Assembly (NCBI GenBank): GCA_965228855.1
Contig: CBDDIJ010000002.1
Span: forward strand, 640,001 to 704,000
Source: Candidatus Obscuribacterales bacterium
GTDB taxonomy: Bacteria > Cyanobacteriota > Vampirovibrionia > Obscuribacterales > Obscuribacteraceae
Direction: 5' to 3'
DNA length: 64,000 nucleotides
Below the pieces are notes generated by a model. It was not told the DNA's origin, ran no database searches, and saw only the letters and a list, made by a program, of their open reading frames with translations. The position numbers and the translations under genes were made by a program. Positions 20,855-30,520 of this stretch are shown piece by piece (the stretch's first letter is position 1; each line of letters opens with the position of its first letter).

Positions 20855-22538
20855 TGCTGTACTCTGTCGCTGAAACAAGCCGCCAACCGCCGCCAGGCAT
20901 GAGCTCGAGCACCGTATCATGGTACGAAATCAGTGCCTGATGGTGAGCCACCGACACGATTGTGGCACCGGTCGCGGCGACCAGGTCATACATCTTAGCT
21001 TCGGTCGCGTCGTCCAGCGAACTCGTTGCTTCGTCGAGCAGGACGAGTTTCGGGTTGGCGAGCAGCATGCGCGCGAAGGCGACACGCTGGCGCTCACCCG
21101 GCGACATCACATCGCTCCAAGTCCGAATCGAATCGAGTCCGCCGACATTCTTCACGAGCTCGCCAAGACTGACGATGTTTAGCACGGACAGAATGCGGGC
21201 GTCGTCGATACCGGCTTCCTGAGCCGACCTCGGATATGTGATCTGGTCGCGCAGAGTACCAAGCGGCATGTAGGTTTCTTGAGGGAGAACCATCATGTCG
21301 CTCAGGTCAGGGCGCTGAATCTCGCCCGTACCCGCCGTCCACAAGCCTGCGAAGGCGCGGACCAACGAGGATTTGCCGACGCCGCTAGGTCCCGCGACAA
21401 TCATCCGCCCGCCAGGCTTCGTTTCGAAGTGGAGGTCGCGAACGAGAGTGCGAGCGCCGTCCGGCGTGTTCAGTGTCAACCCCTTCGCCGTGAGCGCCGG
21501 AGCAACCTGCGTGATGATTTCGCCAGGTCCCTTCTCGTCCCCCTTCTGTTCGATGGTTTCGAGAACGCCGATGAAATCGGACAATCGGCTGATGATAGCC
21601 GAGAGGCGAGCGAACGTTTGGAACTGCGCAATCACAACCGACAGCGCTCCGATGACGCGCCCGAAAGCGCCGGCAGCCTGCACCATCATACCGAGCTCGA
21701 TCTGCCCCGACAGGTAGAGGGGGGCTGAGACCAGCGACGGCACGATCAGCAGACTGTAGTCATAGGAGACTTTGAACAGCGTGAGGTTCCGCTGCCAACT
21801 AACTATCGAACTGAGGTTGCGCAGAAGCTTGGACAGACGGTGCTTGAGCCCGTTGCCTTCACGTTCGGCACCGTTGTACAGCCCAATCGCCTCTTTGTTG
21901 TCACGCAAGTAGACAAGGTTGTAGCGGAACTCCGCTTCTAGCTTCTGCTGCTCGTAGTGCATGCCGACAAGCCGTTTACCAAACAGCAGAGTGGCCACCG
22001 TACCGACGATCGAGTACGCGATTGCCACCAGCAGCAGTATCGGTGAAATCAGATACAGAATCGTCACGAAGGCAAAGAAGGCGAGCGCACTGTCGAGCAG
22101 CGCCATCGCTACAGTCAGTGCCTCCGTGCAGAAATACAGGACGTCTTGCTGGATGCGTTCGTCAGGATTGTCGACCTGGTCGGTCGTGATCTTGACGAAA
22201 TTCCGGTTTTTCAGATATCGCTCCAGGATATTGGTCGTGAGCCAGCGGCGCCACGCCATCTCCAGTTGCGACTTCACCCAGCCAAACGAACCGACGACCG
22301 GCACGCTGCAAACCAGCACCACTGCGTACAGCATCAGGTTATGCCAGAACTGGTCGGCATCCTTGGTTTCGAGCGCATTGAAGACAGCACGCTCCGAGTA
22401 ACTGATGCGGATGTTGATGTAGCTAATCAACAGCAGCATCGCGAGAAGAACAAGCAACCAGACCCATCCAATGGACGGCCGGCGCCAATAAGGCAAAACA
22501 ACCCTCTTCAGGTTGTTCCACGCGAGTTTCGGTTTCAT
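20847..22538 (-). CDS. ABC transporter fused permease/ATPase, YddA/ABCD type
   Basis: DNPDERIQQD, EAEFRY, GPSGVGKSS, SPGERQR, LLDEATS. Confidence 0.92.
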   Translation of the reverse strand: MKPKLAWNNLKRVVLPYWRRPSIGWVWLLVLLAMLLLISYINIRISYSERAVFNALETKDADQFWHNLMLYAVVLVCSVPVVGSFGWVKSQLEMAWRRWLTTNILERYLKNRNFVKITTDQVDNPDERIQQDVLYFCTEALTVAMALLDSALAFFAFVTILYLISPILLLVAIAYSIVGTVATLLFGKRLVGMHYEQQKLEAEFRYNLVYLRDNKEAIGLYNGAEREGNGLKHRLSKLLRNLSSIVSWQRNLTLFKVSYDYSLLIVPSLVSAPLYLSGQIELGMMVQAAGAFGRVIGALSVVIAQFQTFARLSAIISRLSDFIGVLETIEQKGDEKGPGEIITQVAPALTAKGLTLNTPDGARTLVRDLHFETKPGGRMIVAGPSGVGKSSLVRAFAGLWTAGTGEIQRPDLSDMMVLPQETYMPLGTLRDQITYPRSAQEAGIDDARILSVLNIVSLGELVKNVGGLDSIRTWSDVMSPGERQRVAFARMLLANPKLVLLDEATSSLDDATEAKMYDLVAATGATIVSVAHHQALISYHDTVLELMPGGGWRLVSATEYSNE

Positions 22539-23614
22539 AAACCTGGTCCCTTAATTGTTGTTTTAAGTTAGGTCAGGAATACACGACCGCATTGCGGTCG
22601 TGAGCGGCTGGTCTCAATCGCAGAATCACTGCGCATGAAAACAGTCGCCACGGGAAGCCGCTTTGCGGTCAATCCTCGTGTTACAAACCGGCGCGAGCCC
22701 CTGCATGGCGTGTGCCGTGCGTTGAGAGTTAGCAATGCGTTGCTGAGCTGCTTGAGGGGCGTTCTTTGCGTCGGGAGAAATTAGTTACGCCAAATACTCA
22801 GATCTTTAATCATGAGATTCAAGTCTTAAACGCTTTTGAGATTATGCTTTTAAATTAACAGAACAGAAGAGACCACTAAATTTTAGAGGCCAGATAAGTG
22901 TTAGGCGCCCGACATTTGGCGCGCGAAGTGATAATGACTTTCAAGTCGAATAACGGCTTGAATACAGCAATTCAGCAGCAGACAGAGAGAAAGCCAAAGC
23001 ATCTGAATTACTGCTATAGCACTCTAAAAAATATGAGTGGCATTGAAGAAAAAGCTGCACTAGCCAGGCCAATGTTATCTTGAAATAGCGCTTATCTCAC
23101 AAAAACAACGACCGGAATCGGTTTCAACTTAAAAAAAATGCGAGAGCCTCGAGTAGGGCAAATTTCCTACCGAAAGACGGACGAAGGAGTCCGATAGCCG
23201 CGCCACAAATTACTCGAAGCTAGCGTTTTTCAAACAATCCGCTGTCCATTTTCAGGACAGGTGAGAAACAGCTTGCCGACAGGCGTTACCACATCATGTT
23301 TCAAACCTTAAAGCGCGATTGTAATGACCTGTTAAACATCACGGATCGTTGATCTGCAACCGGCAGATGATGATTATCACATTGCTTCTTCGCTATTCTC
23401 TCGAGCTTTCTTCCAGAAACACCACCTGCGGTACCATAATCCCTGAACCTCCACGCAGCCATGCTGTGCGGAATCTGCCGCAGTGGGACTCTCGACCGCA
23501 AGAGCGAAGATATGGCATCGCGTGTTCAAACGTAAGCCAAAAATCAGCATGGGAAGGAAAGCAAATCGCTTCGACTTCTCCCGATCAACCACGATTTAAA
23601 GAAGGAAACCATCG

Positions 23615-24550
23615 TTGGAAAACGCCACACTGATGTGGGGTGGCTTCGCTGCCATTGTTTCGATAATGCTCGCGCTCGACCTGGGCGTCTTCAACCGCAA
23701 GGCGCACGAACCCACCTTTCGCGAGTCGCTGTTCTGGAGCATAGTCTGGATCGGCATCGCAATCGCCTTCAACGCGGGCGTCTACTTCATGCTTGGCCCG
23801 CAAGCCGGCGTTGAATTCGCGACCGGCTATGTGATCGAGAAGGCGCTGTCCGTCGACAACATCTTCATCTTCGTGATGCTCTTCACGTACTTCCAGGTGC
23901 CGCTCATGTATCAGCACCGAGTGCTGTTCTGGGGCGTCATCGGTGCGATTATCATGCGCGGCATCCTGATCGCTGTCGGCGCTGCTCTGCTCGCCAAGTT
24001 CCACTGGATCATCTACGTCTTCGGCGCGCTACTGCTTTTCACCGGAGCCAAGATGGCATTCCAGAAACATGAGGAGAAGAATCCCGAGGACAACCCGGTG
24101 ATTCGCTTCCTCCGTCGTTTCATCCCCGTTACGACAGATCAACACGGTCAGAAGTTTTTCGTTCGCCAGAAAGGTGCAGATGGTCGTCTCGCCACATTCG
24201 CCACGCCGCTCTTCATGGTGCTGGTGCTGGTCGAACTGTCCGATCTGGTCTTCGCAGTGGACTCGGTACCGGCAATCTTCGCGGTCACGACCGACCCATT
24301 CATAGTGCTGAGCAGCAACGTCTTCGCCATCCTTGGCTTGCGTTCGCTGTTCTTCCTGCTTGCCGGAATTGTGCACAAATTCCATCTGCTCAAGTTGGGT
24401 CTGTCGCTTATCTTGGTGTTCGTCGGCGCAAAGATGATGCTGCTCGACGTCTTCAAGATTCCGGTTCTGGCGTCACTGGCAGTGGTGGCAACCATCCTCG
24501 TCGGCTCGGTTGTTTTGTCTCTCGCCTTTCCGAAGAAGGACAGGCAATGA
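23615..24550 (+). CDS. TerC/Alx family membrane protein
   Basis: YVIEKALSVDNIFIF, QHRVLFWG, DLVFAVDSVPAIFAVT, SNVFAILGLRSL; TTG start with RBS. Confidence 0.95.
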   Translation: MENATLMWGGFAAIVSIMLALDLGVFNRKAHEPTFRESLFWSIVWIGIAIAFNAGVYFMLGPQAGVEFATGYVIEKALSVDNIFIFVMLFTYFQVPLMYQHRVLFWGVIGAIIMRGILIAVGAALLAKFHWIIYVFGALLLFTGAKMAFQKHEEKNPEDNPVIRFLRRFIPVTTDQHGQKFFVRQKGADGRLATFATPLFMVLVLVELSDLVFAVDSVPAIFAVTTDPFIVLSSNVFAILGLRSLFFLLAGIVHKFHLLKLGLSLILVFVGAKMMLLDVFKIPVLASLAVVATILVGSVVLSLAFPKKDRQ

Positions 24551-24585
24551 GCGGCAACAGCAGCGGCCTGTGGAGCTTTTCATTC

Positions 24586-24723
24586 GCGGGTTACTCACAT
24601 GCGAAGTTGCAGGTTACTCACATACGAAGTTGCAGGTGACTCGTACCTCAATTCGCAACTGCCTCACGTGCAAAGTCGCGGCTAACTCGTACCTCAATTC
24701 GCGAATGACTCGCACACGAAGTC
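24586..24723. repeat. Six degenerate 23-bp tandem repeats
   Basis: Units such as gcgggttactcacatgcgaagtt, gcaggttactcacatacgaagtt, gcaggtgactcgtacctcaattc. Confidence 0.8.
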
Positions 24724-24798
24724 GCGCGCCTTGATTGGAACTGTCGCCGGGTGGAACTTTGTTTCCGCTCGGCGACGACCTTTTGTTTCTTCGCGGAA

Positions 24799-24910
24799 AT
24801 ACCGGAAGCGGTATTGTTCGTTCCACTCCCCATACCGCGCGACGTATGGCGCGGTGGGTCATACCGGGTGCGGTATCAAAACTAGTTCGCTTCATTACCG
24901 CACGCGGAAT
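24799..24910. repeat. Four 16-bp palindromes, consensus WTACCG-N4-CGGWAT
   Basis: Copies at 24799, 24832 (degenerate), 24861 and 24895. Confidence 0.6.
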
Positions 24911-25133
24911 TGTTGATACTCGGCAGCTCGAAGCAAAATGCAACTTGCGATTTTCTCGGTCAATCAATTCCTACTGTTCTTTATAGTAATGTCAATCGAA
25001 GACCTAAACCACAAAAATCATCGATGCGGAATCGAGCGAGACACCATATCCGGTGCCTCGCTCGACGTTCGAAACGGCGCAGCTGTTCGCTCCCACTCCA
25101 CAAAAGGCGGGGCAGGAGCGAACTTATTGGAAA

Positions 25134-25967
25134 TCAGCCTTCGACTTCGAGAGCCCCTTCGGAAGCGAGCTTCTCGTAGAAGGGCTTGATGTCGTCCCGG
25201 AACGGGCGACGCTTCAGCATCTCGTTGAGAAGCCCGGGAAGCTGGCCTTCGTCCTCGGCGTAGGTGATGAGGTCGATCGCCATCTTGCGAAGCGGACCGT
25301 TCTCAACGATGACGGCGAGACGTTCTCCCGTCACCAGATGGCACACCATCTCGAGGTCGCTCTGGTTGAACGCGCCCGTGATGAGCTTGCCGAGGTCACG
25401 GAGCTGGTCGGCGTTCAGCTTGACGAGCGCTCGAACGACCTTGAACTCCTTGGGCGCCGAAACCGAAGCAGCGACAGGCGAGCCCTTGGCGGCGGCATTG
25501 GCGGCCTTCACCTCGGGGTCGGCGACGCTGCCCTTGACCGGCGTCCCGTCCTCGCCCCACGGCCACACCCACGGCTCGCGCGGACGGAAGAACGGCAGGA
25601 AGTGCGCCGCGACCAGTCCGAGAATCATGTTGCTCTGATTGGCGTCCTGAACGGCCATGACGAGGGGCGTCATCAGACGCTTGTCCCACGCCATGCGGAA
25701 GGCCGCATCGGCATTCTCGAGCACCGTCTTGTTCGGGTCGATGAGCTGGCGCAGCGCCGCGCCGAACTCGTTGTCGAAGTTTTCGGCGATGAAAGCATCG
25801 AATGCATCCACCGTCGCGAAGCACGACGCGATCTCCTTGATCACGACGACCTGGTCTTCAGGGCGAAGACCGATGCGGTCCTGCGGGTACTTCTTCAGCC
25901 AGTCGCTGCGCGGCTCGGCAGCAGCGGACTCGGCGGAAACAGCAGTCGAATTGTTCTGCTCAGACAT
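25134..25967 (-). CDS. Protein with two EAD1-like (effector-associated domain) modules
   Basis: C-terminal LNADQLRDL..LITGAF...DLITYAEDEGQLPGLL..RRP fits EAD1; N-terminal segment ending AVQDANQSN is similar. Confidence 0.65.
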   Translation of the reverse strand: MSEQNNSTAVSAESAAAEPRSDWLKKYPQDRIGLRPEDQVVVIKEIASCFATVDAFDAFIAENFDNEFGAALRQLIDPNKTVLENADAAFRMAWDKRLMTPLVMAVQDANQSNMILGLVAAHFLPFFRPREPWVWPWGEDGTPVKGSVADPEVKAANAAAKGSPVAASVSAPKEFKVVRALVKLNADQLRDLGKLITGAFNQSDLEMVCHLVTGERLAVIVENGPLRKMAIDLITYAEDEGQLPGLLNEMLKRRPFRDDIKPFYEKLASEGALEVEG

Positions 25968-26137
25968 TTTGGCTCCAGATATCTGGCAGGCTCGATGTGC
26001 AATCGAACCCAGTTGCGTTTACGTAGGGTTTGACCGTTCACTAAATGTGGGAACGTGGAATCGATATCCAAGGTGGCGCGAGTCATGGTCGTTTAGTCCA
26101 CGCCGCGCACCACCTCTGATACCACAGCGAGACGACC

Positions 26138-27262
26138 CTACAAGTCAGTCGGAATCCCGGCTGGAATTTCCTCGTGGGCAGGGTCGACAAAATAGTTCGC
26201 GGGCAGCGAAATCCGGATGTTTTCCTCGGGCGTGAATTTCCGAGTCACACCGGTCTTGCGGTTGTACTCCGTCTCAAGGCTGCCGTCGGCGCGGTAACTG
26301 CGGACCACGCCATCGGATTCGACCTGCTGCGGAGTTTTGCCGTCGCCGTAAAACGTGATGAAGCGTGCCTTGCCGTTGTGCATGTCGGCAATTTGACGCA
26401 GTAACATCCCGTCCTTTTCGTCACCGGTACGCCAGATCTGCTTGCGCGTGATCTGCTCGTTCTTGTCAGCAAGCGCGACTTCCAGCGAGCGGTAGAAGCG
26501 GTTTGTGACGCGCACCTGTTCCACAGACCCATCCTCGCGCATGTACTGCGCGGTGACGATCATCGGCGTGTACTCCGCTTTGACTCGAACGTGCGCGCCA
26601 TCTGGATAGAAACGCTCGAAGGTCGAACCGTAGCGATAGTTCTTATTGGTCGACCAGCGCGTTGACGGCAAGCCGTTTTCCGAGAAGGTCGTAAGAACCA
26701 ACTTCGCATCCGGATATAGCCGTTTCTGCGACAGAAGCGTGCCGGTCGGGCGGAACTGTTCGTCGAAATAGACGGTCTTTTCAGCGTCAAGCTTGATCTG
26801 CTTGTGGCGCGAAACCGTTTTGCCGTCCTCGAAGAACCAGCTGGCGTCATAGTATTCGCGATTGACCTCGCGCCCAAGACGAGCGAGACTGCCGTCCGCG
26901 CGATAGAGCTCGTCGGACTTGTAGTGCTCGTCCGGAGACAACTCGGCGTGCAGTCGAAGCTGGCGATAGCCGTCCTCGGACGCCGGATAGAACTCCCGCC
27001 ATTCCTTCACTTTGCCGTTTTCGTGGTAGGTCGCGTAAGCAGTGATGCCGTTGCGGTACTCCACTCGAGCCTTGACAGGCGTGACGCCGTCTTTGGCATA
27101 GTCGACATAGCGAACCTCATCGTCGCGGCCATCGCGCGGAAGCTCAAGCCGTTGCTCGGTCTTCGACGGATAGCTGGGCAGATCGGTTTCGTCCTTGCAG
27201 CCGGAAAGCAGCGCGAGGACGGGAAGGAGAGCGAGAAGAATTAAGCGTGGTTTCAAACTCAT
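26138..27262 (-). CDS. Lipoprotein with MORN-variant/YwqK-like repeats
   Basis: Lipobox LLSGC; repeats such as YHENGKV, YRADGSL, FYPDG, FYGDGKT. Confidence 0.8.
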   Translation of the reverse strand: MSLKPRLILLALLPVLALLSGCKDETDLPSYPSKTEQRLELPRDGRDDEVRYVDYAKDGVTPVKARVEYRNGITAYATYHENGKVKEWREFYPASEDGYRQLRLHAELSPDEHYKSDELYRADGSLARLGREVNREYYDASWFFEDGKTVSRHKQIKLDAEKTVYFDEQFRPTGTLLSQKRLYPDAKLVLTTFSENGLPSTRWSTNKNYRYGSTFERFYPDGAHVRVKAEYTPMIVTAQYMREDGSVEQVRVTNRFYRSLEVALADKNEQITRKQIWRTGDEKDGMLLRQIADMHNGKARFITFYGDGKTPQQVESDGVVRSYRADGSLETEYNRKTGVTRKFTPEENIRISLPANYFVDPAHEEIPAGIPTDL

Positions 27263-28110
27263 GGCATAGTACCTCTATGCTCGTATTCATGCGGTCAGCG
27301 CATGTGGTGGGTTTACAGCGCCCAAGGCGCTACCTAGTCAGCAACAACTCGTCCGCCGTCACCGTCCGAACCCTCTTTCCAGCGCGAACCACACAACACC
27401 TGTCACCAGGAGCGAAATGTATTCGAGACTGTTTGGAAGGAGGCTTTTCGGAGGTTTTTGCGAAAGAGAAGAACTGAGCTATGCCTTACTGGTATCAGGT
27501 ATAAAACTGGTTTCAAAGACCTGTTATAAAAACCACGACTAAATACATAACTTCATGATGCTTATGCCAAGCCAGGCTTCAAGAGGCTTTGCGAATAAGG
27601 CGCGGTTGTTTAAGTGCGTTAAGTTTGTAAATCGGCGGAAAACCTGTTGCAGGTTTTATGCGATGAGCGCTCGCGAGAATTGCGCGAACCTATTGCCCGA
27701 GTCAGGCGAGTCGGAAGAGAAATCTAGGGTCGCCCAGAAATCAATCCACCTAGGTATAGCGCGGCTTACAAATCATCCCAAAGGATGAAAACGGTTAAAG
27801 TGGCGGCGCTATAGAGGTCGAATTGGTAAACGTTTCCAGCCGCGCTCGATCACCCGATAAAAGGCGCGGGCGGTCATCCTTTTGATTTTTGGGGTAGGCA
27901 AACATCTCGGGTGAACTTCCATCCAATTGAACCGCCCAACGCCGATGAATAGGCTGAAGTCATTCATTAACTTCAACCCTTCTTCCACGGACACCGCAAC
28001 ACTTCATCCAACACAAACCCCGCCCTTTCTCAAACCGAACAATTACGCTCAACAGCGTATGTAGAACGCTTCTTCCTTCAATTCGTACAAACTAACGCAG
28101 GAGAGCAAAA

Positions 28111-28785
28111 ATGCAAACCAATTCGGTATCCACTCAGTCCGACACCAAATCCGGAGTCGGCGTCACTGTCGAAGCCCTCGACCCGAAAAGCTACACCGAC
28201 CTGATCAAGCGCCGCAAGCCCGGTCAGAAGTATCGGCCGGCGCAGGGCAACGAGCGAGCGATCCAGGTGAACTACAAGGACCTGATCGTCCTGGCGCGTT
28301 TCCACAATGAGAAGTTCGGAAAAGTCGCACAAGCTGTCGACTCTCAAGTGGAAGGTTTTCTGCAGCAGACGATCGACGCCTCGGATTTCACCGGCAAGCA
28401 GGGTGAGACGCTCGTCGTCGATCTCGAGGCGCACGGTCTGGGTTCCGGCAACGCGCGCAAGGTTTTGATCGTCGGATTGGGCAACCGTCCGGACTACGAG
28501 CAGCTCGTTTTCTGTGGCTTCGTCAGCGCCGTCCTCAATGAGAGCGCGGCGCTCAATGTGGAACAGGTGCTGCTTCCCCTGGACGACGTCGCAAGCGCGG
28601 CAACCGCAGCCAGATTCGCATCCGTGCTGCAGTGCCGGACCGACCATCATCTCGCGACCGCCGTCGAACATGGACGGCTCAAGAAGATTCGAATCGTCGT
28701 CGCGCCCGAGTCATTCGCGGCGGCGGAAGCCGCTTTGCGTTCCAAACAACAGCTCTGCCGCGTCTGCAGCGAGCCGGAACTCTAA
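28111..28785 (+). CDS. Stand-alone leucyl aminopeptidase (M17) N-terminal-like domain with C-terminal CxxC
   Basis: DFTGKQGETLVV..RKVLIVGLG; no catalytic M17 domain; ends LCRVCSEPEL. Confidence 0.7.
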   Translation: MQTNSVSTQSDTKSGVGVTVEALDPKSYTDLIKRRKPGQKYRPAQGNERAIQVNYKDLIVLARFHNEKFGKVAQAVDSQVEGFLQQTIDASDFTGKQGETLVVDLEAHGLGSGNARKVLIVGLGNRPDYEQLVFCGFVSAVLNESAALNVEQVLLPLDDVASAATAARFASVLQCRTDHHLATAVEHGRLKKIRIVVAPESFAAAEAALRSKQQLCRVCSEPEL

Positions 28786-28803
28786 CAATCACTGGAGAAT
28801 CTC

Positions 28804-29424
28804 GTGAGAAAAACCCGAAACCAAGCGAGCACCGTTCAATTTGACGGACTCGCGATTACGTTTTCCGTGAACCCGGTTTTCAGGGCTCACAACGACCTTC
28901 TCGCCGATGTCGAAACCGACTTGCTGCTGCTGGAGCTGCACGCGCACAAGCATCTCGGCGGCGGTCCCAAAAGGATTGACACCATCCTCGGTGGCGCACT
29001 GACCGAAGCGATCGGCAGTCACGGTTTCACCGGAGAGCTCGGTCAGACTCTGCTGCTGGAATTGCCGCAGCACAAAATCAAGAACGTGCTCGTCGTCGGC
29101 GCCGGCACCGACAATGGAAGCGGTCGCTCGATCCTGTGCGCGACCATCGCCCTTTTGATCGAAACCGCTCGGCGCCTCGATGCGAAGAAGGTCACTCTGC
29201 CGGTCTTTCCCGGCGGTCTCGAGCATTCATTGATGGGCACCATGGCGATCCTGCAGTGCCGTCTGCGCCAGATTCAGAGCGCGGAGAAAGGTCTCGGCGT
29301 CCTTCGCGAGCTGGAGATCCTCTCGACTCCGCAAGCGAAGAATCGCCTTCTCGAGGGTCTGTCGACCACAGACCGTCTCTGCCCGACTTGCTCCCATCCG
29401 CAGCTTCACACCAAAACCCTCTGA
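28804..29424 (+). CDS. Paralog: stand-alone M17 N-terminal-like domain with C-terminal CxxC
   Basis: IDTILGGAL..GFTGELGQTLL..NVLVVGAG; ends LCPTCSHPQL; GTG start with ggag RBS. Confidence 0.7.
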   Translation: MRKTRNQASTVQFDGLAITFSVNPVFRAHNDLLADVETDLLLLELHAHKHLGGGPKRIDTILGGALTEAIGSHGFTGELGQTLLLELPQHKIKNVLVVGAGTDNGSGRSILCATIALLIETARRLDAKKVTLPVFPGGLEHSLMGTMAILQCRLRQIQSAEKGLGVLRELEILSTPQAKNRLLEGLSTTDRLCPTCSHPQLHTKTL

Positions 29425-29438
29425 CCAGGAGATCCACT

Positions 29439-30014
29439 ATGTCCAAGAAAAACACCACGCTTCAGGGCATTCGCCTCTCGACCATGAAGCATCAGCTCAA
29501 GGCGCTCGCCAGCCAGGTCGACGCCATCAAGAAGCTCGACTGCGAGCATCACGAGGGTCTGGATCTCGGCGTCGACCCCGAACTCGCCAACATCCAGCAC
29601 TTCTCGCGCCGCCTCGCTTCCCGGGCGGAGACCATCGTCATAAAGTCGCGCGAGAACCGGCTCGAAGGTGTTCGCGTCCTTCTCGACAAGATGCGTGAAG
29701 ATGTGACTTATCTGCTCGAGCACGCCGAAGCGTTCCGCGCACATGCCAACGATCGTGCCGGCGCGCACCTGCGCGAGATCCTTCACGTCGACCCGGCCGA
29801 GGTCGACCGCTGCGAGGTCAGCGGCACCGCTTTCACGCACGCCGGTGTGAGCTGCTTCAAAGCCGAAACCAGCCAGTACCACACCATCGAGATGCAGGTG
29901 CGAGCGCTGGTGCACCTGGCTCTGGAAATCGCCTACTTCGCCGGCGACGAAGTGGGCTTGAGCAAGGAGGAGGTTGCCGGAAAGCTGGCCGCGCAGCCGG
30001 TCGCGAAGGTCTGA
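29439..30014 (+). CDS. Hypothetical helical protein, third gene of the operon
   Basis: aggag RBS; GC3-rich; terminator downstream. Confidence 0.75.
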   Translation: MSKKNTTLQGIRLSTMKHQLKALASQVDAIKKLDCEHHEGLDLGVDPELANIQHFSRRLASRAETIVIKSRENRLEGVRVLLDKMREDVTYLLEHAEAFRAHANDRAGAHLREILHVDPAEVDRCEVSGTAFTHAGVSCFKAETSQYHTIEMQVRALVHLALEIAYFAGDEVGLSKEEVAGKLAAQPVAKV

Positions 30015-30035
30015 CCGTCTAGCGGTTGCCCACCG

Positions 30036-30070
30036 GAGGCGGGACGCGCATATGCGTCCCGCCTCTCTTC
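30036..30070 (+). terminator. Terminator hairpin
   Basis: gaggcgggacgc-gcatat-gcgtcccgcctc. Confidence 0.7.
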
Positions 30071-30083
30071 CCCCGCTCGCCTC

Positions 30084-30469
30084 CTACTATAGAACTCCGC
30101 ATTAATAGGATGTACAAACCCCGACCTGTACTGGCTTCGCTAAGCAATCGTTAAAACCGCATTCCTACTATAGAACTCCGCACTGACAGGACGTGCAAAC
30201 CTCGACCTGTACTGGCTTCGCAAAGCAGTCGCTAAAACTGCTCCTACTATAGAACTCCGCATTAACAAAACGCGCAGACTCCGACGTATCCTGGCTTCGC
30301 AAAGCGGTCGCTAAATTTATCAACGGGTTTGTCTACGCCAGAGCGACGAAATTCACCAAATCCGTCAATCCCTCGTAGACACAACCCGAAATCGGAAACA
30401 TGCAGACTCTTGCAAAACGCCAACCTCTGGGCATCTTCAGAGAATCTAGTCCACTCTTTTCTATAGTAG
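30084..30469. repeat. Dispersed element locus F (complete, left arm triplicated at about 80 bp)
   Basis: CTACTATAGAACTCCGCA at 30084, 30165 and 30244; core at 30330-30381; TATAGTAG at 30462. Confidence 0.9.
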
Positions 30470-30520
30470 CAAATCGAAGGAGTCAGGAGCGGCGGAGATT
30501 GACCCACCGCTCCTGTTCGT

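Noticed and set aside
23340..23614. yybP-ykoY riboswitch upstream of terC
   Set aside because: Expected from context, but I cannot find the GGGGAGUAG or CAAGACC-type consensus.
24982..24989. Ninth locus of the dispersed element (TATAGTAA)
   Set aside because: No GACGG-N12-CCGTC core at the expected 101-114 bp distance.
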